DNA of 64,000 nt, from positions 39,742,001-39,806,000 of the forward strand of contig CM060731.1 in NCBI GenBank assembly GCA_030704615.1, in the 5' to 3' direction. Below are positions 1 through 10,828 of this stretch, in pieces (positions within the stretch are counted from its first letter, which is position 1; each line of letters starts with the position of its first letter). The notes below the pieces were generated by a model. It did not search any database. It was given only the letters and a program-made list of their open reading frames with translations, and had not been told where the DNA came from. The stretch is from Takakia lepidozioides. Its lineage: Eukaryota > Plantae > Bryophyta. The position numbers and the translations under genes were made by a program.

Positions 1-99
1 TATAAATCGTTTGAAAACAGCCGATTCATTCCGACGAAGAATATCCACTGCTACTGGAGTCGGAGTTTAAAACAAAGGAGAGGATTTTGTGTAGAGTTT

Positions 100-2402
100 T
101 GTTGTTATGTCCTTCTTCCATGTGATAAAAAATCCATGCTGGGTAAACGCCGGGTCTTTTGCTTGCAAAGCAGGGTTGGGTTCATTTGCAAGTTTTTCAA
201 TTTTTATTTTTATTTTCCCCGAATATGCCAGATTAAGGTGTCATCAACGACACCTTAATCTACCTTAATGTGGCTAGTCTTCTGGTGTGTTATTTGGGAT
301 GAATGACATCTACAAATTGCTCGGACCACATAATTTATGATTCATTGTCATGTCATTCTTCCATGTGACCAGAAATCCATGCTGGGTAAACGCTAGGTCT
401 TTTACTTACAAAGCAGGGGTTGGGTTCATTTGCAAGTTTTTCAATTTTTATTTTTATTTTATTTTTTTCCGAATGTGCCAGATTAAGGTGTCGTTGACTT
501 AATCTGGCTGGTCTTCTAGTGTGTTATTTGGGGTGAATGGCATCTACAAATTGCTCGGACCACATAACTTATGATTCATTGTCATGTCCTTCTTCTATGT
601 GACCAGAAATCCATGCTGGGTTAACGGTCGTTTGCTTGCAAAGCAGGGGTTGGGTTCATTTGCAAGTTTTCCAATATATATATATATATATTATTTTGTC
701 TTATTTTATTTTTCCCTGAATTAAGGTGTCGTCAACGACACATTAATCTGGCTGGTCTTTGGGTGTGCTATTTGGGGTGAATGACATCTACAAATTGCTC
801 GGACCATATAACTTATGATTCGTTGTCATGTCCTTCTTCCATGTGACCAAAAATCCATGCTGGGTAAATGCCAGGTCTTTTACTTGCAAAGCAGGGGTTG
901 GGTTCATTTGCAAGTTTTCCTATATATATATATATAATTATTATTATTATTTTGCCCCGAATGTGCCAGATTAAGGTGCCGACACCTTAATCTGGCTGGT
1001 CTTCTGGTGTGGTGTGCTATTTGGGATGAATAGCATCTACAAATTACTCGACTTATGATTTGTTGTCATGTCATTCTTCCAGGTGATCAAAAATCCATGC
1101 TGGGTAAATGCCAGGTCTTTTGTTGCAAAGCAAGGGCTGGTTCATTTGCAAGTTTTCAAAAAATAAAAATAAAAATAAATTATTATTATTATTATTATTT
1201 TCCCCGAATGTGCCAGATTAAGGTGTCGTCAATGACACCTTAACCCTTAAACCTTAAACGCCCAGTGCCATAGTTTGACATTTTCAGAAAACATGACCCC
1301 TTAAGTGAAAAAAAGGTGTAACTTTTAGAAAATTAACTTTTTAAAGAACTTGACCGCACATTAGATGCGTACCCTCCTCCTGCATCCACATGCCAAATTT
1401 GAGGCCAATCAGCCCCAGAACCACAAATGCCACCGTTGAATGTGGGCCCCATTATTGGGGCCCTTTTGAGAAACATATCCATTTTTGGTAATTTCTTAAA
1501 GATTTGAGTGACGGGATCAAATGGGATTGAGGCGAAATTAGCAGGGTTTCATCCCCTTGAGATCCCTCATCCAACAAGCCAAAAAGTATCCAATTTGGCC
1601 AATGCATGTGATGTTGCCAACGTGGAAAAATCCCATGTTTCTCTCCCTCTCTCACACACGTGTGAATAATGAAACAACGAGAATTACCTTTATCAAATCG
1701 TGACCCCCCTTGCTTGCGTGATGAGACCTCTTTGCAACTTGGCAGATCCGAGGCAATCGGGCAATGAATCTTGGTGTGCCAGGTTGCCCAGGAACACTAT
1801 ATATATATTTCACACAATTCCATGGAGAATGCAAAAAATTATTCAGATTTTTCTGAACCGAAAAGCCCGAAACGGGCTACTGGGCGTTTAAGGGTTAATC
1901 TGGCTGGTCTTTTGGTGTGCTATTTAGGGTGAATGGCATCTACAAATTACTCGGCTTATGATTCGTTGTTATGTCTTTCTTTCCAGGTGACCAAAAATCC
2001 ATGCTGGGTAAACGCCAGGTCTTAACAAGGGCTGGGTTCATTTGCAAGTTTTCAAAAAATAGTAATAAAATTTTATTATTATTTTATTTTTCCCTGAATG
2101 TGCCAGATTAAGGTGTCGTCAACGACTCCTTAATCTGGCTGGTCTTCTGGTGTGCTATTTGGGGTGAATGACATCTACAAATTGCTTGGCTTATGATTCG
2201 TTGTCATGTCCTTCGTGACCAGAAATCCATGCTGGGTAAACGCCAGGTCTTTTGCTCGCAAAGCAGGGGTTGGGTTCATTTGCAAGTTTTCCAAAAAACA
2301 AAAAAACAAAAAATAGTATTTTTATTATTTTTTGTTTTTTCCCCTCTGAATGTGCCAGATGAAGGTGGCGTTGATGCCAGCTTAATCTGGTTGGTCTTCT
2401 AG
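100..2402. repeat. Tandem repeat array, ~230-245 bp unit, 7 copies, each with a variable AT-rich (TA/TTA) segment; interrupted by a 651-bp insertion
   Basis: Anchor AAATCCATGCTGGG recurs at 130, 373, 607, 851, 1091, 1995 and 2223. Other shared blocks are GGTTCATTTGCAAGTTTT, GATTAAGGTGTC and CATCTACAAATT. Confidence 0.95.
1244..1894. mobile_element. Non-autonomous TIR DNA transposon (MITE), piggyBac-like (CCC...GGG ends, TTAA flanks)
   Basis: Left end CCCTTAAAC(CTTAAAC)GCCCAGT and right end ACTGGGCGTTTAAGGG are inverted repeats. TTAA lies at 1240-1243 and 1895-1898. Sister repeat units show the empty site CC-TTAA-TCTGGCTGG. No transposase ORF. Confidence 0.85.
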
Positions 2403-2789
2403 GCCGGAATATTTAAGCTTCCGCCAAATTAAAATACACTTATTTAAACTCAACAACACATGGATCCCTGCGCACATGTTGTTGCAGTCATCCATGGTTC
2501 ACTCATCTGGGCAATTTTTCATCCGACACTCATCCAACATTCATCCAATGTTCATCCATTCCCTTTTACGTTCATCATAGATACATTCATTCGACAGTTT
2601 TTCATCGCACATTTGTGTCACATTGTCGTCATTGAGTTTGTCTGTCATCGGTCCGATGGAGAGAAGATTGCGCCGTTGTAGTGGAGTTTGTGTCCACGGC
2701 AATAGGCCCACTTGTTCCCTCGCTTTTAGGGTCCGCATCAATAATCTGCTCACGCTTACAATCTGCTCACGCCTTTGCTGCCCTCCATC

Positions 2790-3880
2790 ACTGCCATTGT
2801 CAATCTAGCTCTCTCCAAATCATACCCCATCCATTTCTGCAAAAGTCTGCTCGCATACCGGGATACAGGGGAATGAAGCTGCCGACTTGTTTGCTCAAGC
2901 TGGCGCTGCCAAACCTTCTGTGGTCCCATCTGATGACCCTATCCACATCGCCCAAACTCACCCTTTTTGGTTTATCCACCCCGTCCAGACCCACGTGCAC
3001 CCAGACCTGTTCGCAATCTCCTTGCCACTCTCACCCGGGAAGCTTACAAATAAGCATCAATCAGCCATATATTAAAGTCCACATTCAAAAGTGGACACAA
3101 TCCACTGTGCTACACCATAAACTATCAAATCACTTCTGTAATATCAAAATCACTACAGATGCACAAATCCGTCAAACCCTTAAATTCAGATACGCCCAAT
3201 ACATGGGACATCAGCGTAAGCACATTTTCTGGCCACGTTTTTTTTCCATCTCCATATTGCCTACTCTGCTCAAACACCCATCAAGAACGTGATACCTGGC
3301 CACACTTACTTAGCCAATGTACACATCCTATCATACACGACCTTCATATTACTCGCCATAACCAAGCAGTCTGGCATATCCATAAATTACTTCTTAGCCG
3401 CGCTGAAACCATATAGTACTCACTCCTAAACGCAGGCACATATCAAGGCCGTTCACCCGACCACACTGTTCCACCATGGCTGCTTCCATGCATGTGTACC
3501 TCCCAAACATGCACCTGTCCAGCTAGACTCTGCCCAGATATTCTACTGGTGCAGGGTCTACCCATGACTACCTTACCTCCTACCACACCATCCCCATCCC
3601 TTACTATCCACTTTATCGAATTCACATACTGTCATGACCGCTACCTACAAGACTCTATCCTAGAAAAACGGCAAAAATACGCTCCACTTATCCTCGCTAT
3701 AGGCCGACGATGATGGCGCACCGGTCCTCTAACCATCATCACGGCAGGTACTAGAGGCGGCATTAATAACCTACACACCAACTTTCACATCCCTATCTCC
3801 CCAATTCACAAATGTTTCCATCCGCTCTCTCAAAGCTATAATCACCAATAAACGAAAACTAGAGTCCAATCTAGCATTAG
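2790..3880 (+). mobile_element. Degenerate 3' fragment of an RLE-type non-LTR retrotransposon (RandI/Dualen-like)
   Basis: Frameshifted translation gives a CCHC knuckle CLLC...DTWPHLLSQC, then ITRHNQAV, RLCPDILLV, HFIEFTY, K..KY and ITAGTRGGI. This is the motif order of a LINE restriction-like endonuclease. In-frame stops are present. Confidence 0.75.
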
Positions 3881-6034
3881 TACCCCAGGAACCCTAGGGC
3901 ATCCCCCCCCCCAATTCTCCTCTCTAGCACCCTAGCACACATACCCTGGTTACTAGGTGATCAACCGGTCACCTGTCTTTTTATATAGGGCCCACCTCCA
4001 ACAGGGGCAGTAGCCGTAAGGTGAAGTGGCTCTTAGTTACGCCGGCTTTGGCCGGACCAACATCAGTAGATACTCTCTTAGGTTTTGCTACATGTACCAT
4101 GGATTTCTCATCAGAACAAGAAACAGCAGTAATAACAAAGGTCTGATCCCTCTGCACATTCTTTCTCCTACACGTAAACAAACAAATAATCACATCACCA
4201 AATTGAAATACAACAATGTAAGAAGGAGATAGGAAAGAGATTAACTTTTATCTTCTCATATACAGTTTTTTCCTCACTGTAGGCCTCTTCAAACCGAAGC
4301 GCCAGACGACCATTCTTCAATTCTCCACTAATTATTCGTTGAATTACTCTATCCCTTAAATGTTTATCAATGCAATTGTACCTTCATAGAAATAAAAAAC
4401 AAGTTAAAACCAAGACACTCATGTAGGTAAAGGTCAGCCAATAAACATTGGAATCCCATCATTTTCATAAAGTCACTTCACTCACTTTCCATAAGAGATC
4501 GGATCTCTGTGACTCTGTGAACCAGTCACTTCCATGCCATATTGCCAAGGAACAAGGGCTTCCTCCATATGGGTAATTCCAACACCCCATGCTTGTCTTA
4601 TTGGAAAGAACTTTGCCCTTCAACTCAGGAAACGCCGCAGTGGTTTTCATCCAAGTTCATCCAACACTTCTAAAATATGGATGATTTTTTACACGCAGTA
4701 GGGGTTAAAGTGAGGACTAAATTTGAGACACAGGTCCTAGTTTACATTAATTTCATCACTTCAGATAGAGGACTGGTATGACTAAAATGAATTGATACAT
4801 TTTTTTGATATGGTACAAATTTATGATACTAGTTGAATATATATCCGGGTCTAATATTAGATAAGATTAGAGTACTCTAAAACGCCTCTCTCTCTCTCAC
4901 GAAGTAAGGAGCAGACGAGCAGACCTTGGATTACACTTTACACATCTCAACAAATAATCTACTGCCCTTCAATCTGTCTTCAGTTTTAGCATCCTTTTGC
5001 TCATCATTATGAAATTCAAACTGAAAATTCCAAGCTTGGATTCTACAACTTGCATACGACAACATTGCCACCCCAGAAAACGAATCTGACAATTGTAATT
5101 CACATAGGTAACCGAAAGAGAAAGAAACTATCGACTGAGGAAGCCTCTCCTTGCAGATTGTGTGGGTTGGGCGGTGGCTGTAAGCGGCCTCGAAGACCAC
5201 AGCCTCACCACACCGTCTGCGAGTGAGAGAAACAAAATGGGGGCTGGTAGCTGTTTTTTTAATTAGTTGGCCCTTATTTCATCCATCAGCGTATACCATC
5301 CATACTGTTACATCCGCTCGGGTGGTAGGTTAAAGATGACCGCGGATGTCTTGTAGATTTGTTGGTGTGCGCTGTTCATAATTTCCCATCAACTTCCGTT
5401 CACAACACCCTAATGGACCATAGAGTTCTGCTGTTTCTTACTGTTCTCAACTGGGCAATCTTCATAGAAGTATCCAAACAGGACACAAACCATCAGGCAT
5501 GAGTGCATGCTTTGTTTCCACCTTTGCACGCGGACAAGATCCTCCTCAGGCTACACCAAGGTAAGTAGCTCTACATTGTCACAACTAGACTGGTCCAGCT
5601 CATCTCATCAGAGTCACTTCATATGCTCTGGGAACCGAGGCTTTTTCCACAAATCACTCATTAGGTTGTAGGCAACATAACAAATGTTGATAGTTCAGTG
5701 TAAAAGGAAAGGAAAGAAAAGGAAAAGAAAGTTTGACATCAAGGATTTACAGTGCAATTTACAGAGTTCTCAGCACACAGGATAACCACCAATGGACAGA
5801 TGAGGAGTTAGATTCCTGAAAATTGAACACTTACTATCTGCTACCAGGAATCATACTCCCACTGAACTTGGCGTAGGTCTTTTAATCTAAGAGCTGGTCT
5901 CAGGCATACAAGCTATCTCAAGTTGTATTTACTCCAAACACCTGTACATTTGGTAGCTTTGCATCTTCTTTCAGCTTTCACTTCCACATCTAGGTCTAGG
6001 TACAATGCTGACAGAAAACGCATGGAAATGGCCA

Positions 6035-8325
6035 TTAATCGAGACAACTTAGGGAAGCCTTGCGTGGGTAGTCGATTGCCAAAATATTCTCCTTGCTTTC
6101 TTCACTGGGAGTGTATATCTGAAGAGCTGAACTTGAGCATCGATTCCAAGGATGCTCTGTGCACCCTTCCATGCAAGGAGGTATTGGATGTTGATTCTCC
6201 ACCCTTTCAAGGGTAAATTTGTACACAAACAGGGAGGTCTTGCCAGGAACGTACTCCCGATTGACAATCCTATACAAACCATCGTACGTGTATCCGATGA
6301 CGGTCTTGCTCTTCTTCAAGTTTAAGTGCCCGCGAACCAGCCGGACGACCACTTTGCGCTCAAAATTCGTCCACATTGCCTTATTTCCCTTCTCCCATTT
6401 CTGGTTTTCAATCACTGCAGCACCAACTGCCCTGGACGATCGCCCACCATGTCCTGTGTATACCACTCTCTCGCCTGTATCTGCATTATCTACATAGGAG
6501 CCGTTGGCGGACACCACTACACATGTAGCTACATCATTTGGGACATATGCAATCCCACAGTTGGGGAGGTGATGCAGTCCCACAACTGCCATTTCATGTC
6601 TAAACTTGAACGTATCGCCAACTTGAACACCGGGGACCTCCCCAATGATCATTTTTCCATTCACATCTTTTCCTTCTTCTTTCACTTTTCGGTAAGCTCG
6701 TATATCAGCTCGACCCAGTTTACTTGCTTGCGGTTCAGCAGAGGGGTTTCCTGCTTCACCTGAAATACCCTTGATTTTGTGAACCAGACCCTCCAATTCA
6801 AACTGGTGAAAATATGTTCTGTAGGTTGTCAAGGCATGTAATACCTCATCTCTTGCAGGGTTGATTGCACAGGCTGCAGGCAGAGGATCAGTCAGAGTAT
6901 GAGAAAACAATCCTTACTATGTCCAACAAGAAAATGACAATTTTGAGTAGGTTTCAAAATGGGTCCACAATTAGCAGCTTACCCCAGCCAACCTCATGCA
7001 TTCTAAGGCATTCAAAGCACCAAAGTACTGCTGCAGCAGTCAAGATTCCTAGCAAAATTTAACAAAGAGAAAGCAGACCTAAGTTAGCGCATGATGTCTG
7101 ACAGCTGGTTTCGTTAGAAGACTAAGATTTATCAACAAAACTTTATTCCAAATTATCATCATAGGGATGTTACAACATCCATACAAAAGCTGGTATGAAA
7201 GTGTAATGCAATGTCCAACCTCAGGTTACATACAGGTAAAATCACTCACCATTTTCTTCTGGTATAATCATAAGCTGCTGGGACTGATGTTGGGGGGACA
7301 TGACTCTGCTTTTCATCACCAAACCCGTTGCTATCGTCAGCCCTGGCAACAAGAACACACCAAAGGTCTCATTGCAGATGCAAATGAGTAGCACAACCAA
7401 TCTCCCTAACTACCAGGATTACCAGACAAAGAGATACCACCCCAAAAACCAGAAAGTACATACCATTTAGAAGCTGCTGTTGTTTATCATGAGCAGGTCT
7501 GTTCGACGAAGTTGCTGCCACCAATTGGCCTTGTCTGGATTTGTCTGGACTTCCATGGATCTCTTTTTGGGGCCTTTGCACTCCACATTTTTGACGTGAA
7601 GTAGGACTAGGGGATGGTTTGACCCCAGACATGGTGTCCTGTGCTAGACTCCCAGAAGATGATTGGCAAACACTATCATAGGGAACTAACTGCATATTGT
7701 CTGCAGCACTCCCCTGCTCTGAGACAGTCTGACCATCGCTGGGTTTGTCACGAAAAACATGTGGCTGCTGCCAACTCTCTGCTATCTCTGCTTTCATACC
7801 CTCTTCAAGGAAAATCGAAGGAAACCATATAGGACTATCTGGTGGCTCCAACGCTTCCAGCAGGCCCTTCAAAAAACCGTCATTAGTAGTCTCTCTTGGT
7901 TCACTACTTGCTTCACCATGTATGCCGCCATCAGTTTCTGCCTCCTTTCTCATCCTCTTTTCCCCACACACTGTCACCTCCAATTCCTCTATGTCTTTCC
8001 TTTTCACTGAAGCTTGGTGGGCCAAAGATGGAATGCCATGATCTTGTGAGTCTTGTTCTGACGGAGCCAGAGGCATTTCACATTTCGCCTCTAAATCCAG
8101 TACCGTCACGGAGTCCACCTGATTGCAGTCCTGCAATAACTTTGAAGGCTTGCGTGCCTCCTCCCGATTTCCACCACCCTGTCTTCCATCACCTCCAACG
8201 TTGCTTTGGTCCTCAGTCTCTTGCTCAGAAGTCATCTTAAGATTGGACAGCTCAGGCTGAATACTTGGAGCACTCAGTTCAGTGATCAAACAAGGGCCTC
8301 GGCCTACGCCAGCAAAGCACACCAT
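6035..8325 (-). CDS. SRA/YDG methylcytosine-binding domain protein, SUVH-like but with no pre-SET/SET found (coding exons ~8325-7464, 7342-7250, 6873-6035)
   Basis: SRA motifs IGEVPGVQVGDTF, VGLH, YTGHGG, NQKWEKGNKAM, VRLVRGH, YTYDGLY and YKFTLER. GT-AG junctions join three exons in frame (phase 1/1). The N-terminus is acidic and low-complexity. The start codon (8325 or 8235) is uncertain. Confidence 0.85.
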
Positions 8326-10717
8326 CCCACTCAGAGCGCAGAATGAACGCGGCTGAACCAAACTGGAAGTCTTACCTGCACAGAAAATAAGAGCTTCATA
8401 TTCAAACGTTACCGCAAGCGTTACCGTTACCTCAACGGAACCATGTTCTAGAAATGTCAAAGCGAGTCCCGTATTGTAATCATGCCAAATTTCATTCAGT
8501 AAAACCATCTCCAGAACTTCAGCCGCAGCACAGGCTTGCTAAACTCCCTAGCGGTTAGGCATCGGAACTTGGCACGACTTCCCAAACTGTATGCAGAATT
8601 CTTCTGGAATCTAGAGAAATCGTCAAGCGGAACTTATTAGAGCAGTACGAAAAATTTCCCTCAAGACCATATGCTAGACAGATGGTCATGATCCGATATC
8701 ACAAGTATTCCGAGTAAATGCAACTTGCAAAATGGACAGAAAGCACAACAATAGAGCACACTAATTGGCATAGGTCCCTCCACCACAAGCTCTGTGGTTG
8801 CATGATATTGGAGAGCGTATAGCTGCTGTGCAACTCTGGGACAGCCCAGTCTACAACACAACCCGGTAAGATGACAGGTTCAGGAGGGTGATTCATAAAA
8901 CTATTGCCCTGCATTTGGAAGTTGAGATTCTAGCGGTCTTTTTCAGAGCCTTTCACTACACTAGTTTTTGACATTCTCTTCCCTAGCATTATGCAAAATA
9001 CTACAATTTGTCCCATCGCCGCTGGCCACTGGAAATAATGGAACTCTCTCTCTCTCTCTCTCTCTCAAAACTGAACTGGCTCAAGTGGAGGCAGCTAAAC
9101 ACTTTCAGGATTCGAGAAGAAGTTACCCTGCCCTCAGATTGGCAATGGCAGCCAGAACAGAAGACCAGTCATTGATTCATCCGCTGTCATATGCTCTGTC
9201 ATGTTCGTTAGTGTGGCTTCTGAAAACTACGTAAAATGTACGTGCGACAAGGAGTTAACATAGATGTAGGAAACACGATGGAGCAAAAAACAATCAAAGA
9301 GCTGTGGAGTGGAAGGGCCGTTGAGTGACATAGTCAGTCCGGGCACTCTTGTATGTTGACAACTACATTCCATCGCAAGCCACATCCACTCAGTGTGAAC
9401 CCCAGGTTTGAGCCACTGTAATTTAGGGGACAATATTTCCTTTAGAACAGATCCTTTAGTTCTTCGGAACTCAAATGGCATTCAGTAGTCCCTCAAGCAG
9501 AAACGTAGGCCCGCAAGTGAGAGTCCGTATGTGGACAGTGGGAGAATCATGTATTCTTCCCTAGGCACAAACGAAGACAACTCCAGCATCTCACGTAGAA
9601 CTGATAGAAAACCTCTCTGCAGTAGAACTAACCATCCCTATCATAAAGACCACACAACCGGCACTAACCTCATGCAATTCTCGCAAGCGATTCAAAGCTC
9701 CGGAAGTTGCACAGACCAGCCTTTGAGAAAAGCTCGACTCTAACAGAACTCACAAAAACCCCTGCAGCAGCACTTCAGAGACCTCTTTTGCATGACACGG
9801 GTAGTCACAACAGAAAGCACAAACAACTCCTACCGGAAGTCGCTTGCGAACACGAGAGAGAAGAAATCTTGCAGTGAGGGCTGAGAATGTGCGTGACGGG
9901 AGGGAAGACGATTCAAACGAAGCTCAGCCGCCATAACTTCTAGCGTTAATCCTCGGCTGCTTAGTCTAGTCATTATCGTAGTAATCCCCAACAGTACGAT
10001 AAACCTACTTGCGTTCTTTCTTTCACTATCTAAAAACGGCGTCCGACGAATCCAGAAAACGCCAAGACAAACACTCTAATAAGCAGATAGCGAATCCCAG
10101 TGCTCAGGTGCTGAATGTGATGTTTGCGAGATTCGTGCTGCAGACAACTCGATATCTAGTTCTTCTTGGAATTTGCGGTGCAAACTCTGTACATACAATA
10201 GTGAAATGTGTGCGCTGAAGTGTTGCTTGCTTGTCCTGTCTATAATCCGTGATGCTTGTGACTGTCCCGTTATGGCTATCACATCGTGTCCTTCAAGTGG
10301 CCATAAATGCAGCATGCTGGCAGCTCGGCTCATCATAAAGACAATGTGAGAATCTGTATAGGATTTGCTGTTCCTGAAATCTGCAAATTGCGGCGGATTA
10401 CGTGATGGGAGGTTGACTCTGCTCAACGTCACGGCTCCAGCAGTCGCTTTTTTCTCCTTCTTGCTGACGACTGTCCTTCTGGATCTGTGAGCCCTAATCA
10501 TGCGCCGACACTGTGTTGCCGTATGAACGATGAACTGCGTCCATGTGTTGCTTCAGTCAGACACCTAACTTTGTTTGACTCAGACATTAAGGCTGTACAT
10601 GGAGAGAGAAGGTACGAGTTCGTTAGATGTTGTTTTCCATAGCCTTGCGGCCATAGACACCGCACTTAGGGCGAAACATGTAGACTGAGATGATGAAGAA
10701 TTTTGTGTCCGCAATAG

Positions 10718-10720
<3 letters not shown>

Positions 10721-10750
<30 letters not shown>
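10721..10750. repeat. (GA)n microsatellite
   Basis: GA dinucleotide run just downstream of the SppA stop. Similar runs occur at 9044-9066 and 18940-18961. Confidence 0.9.
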
Positions 10751-10754
<4 letters not shown>

Positions 10755-10828
10755 TGACGAACGACCTTATTTCATAGAGAAAGGGAGAGATGCTCCGTGT
10801 GATGTGAACCTTCCAGATGAGAAATGTT

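Noticed and set aside
100-2402. CRISPR-like repeat/spacer array
   Set aside because: Units are ~240 bp, the variable parts are AT microsatellites, the context is eukaryotic, and there are no cas genes.
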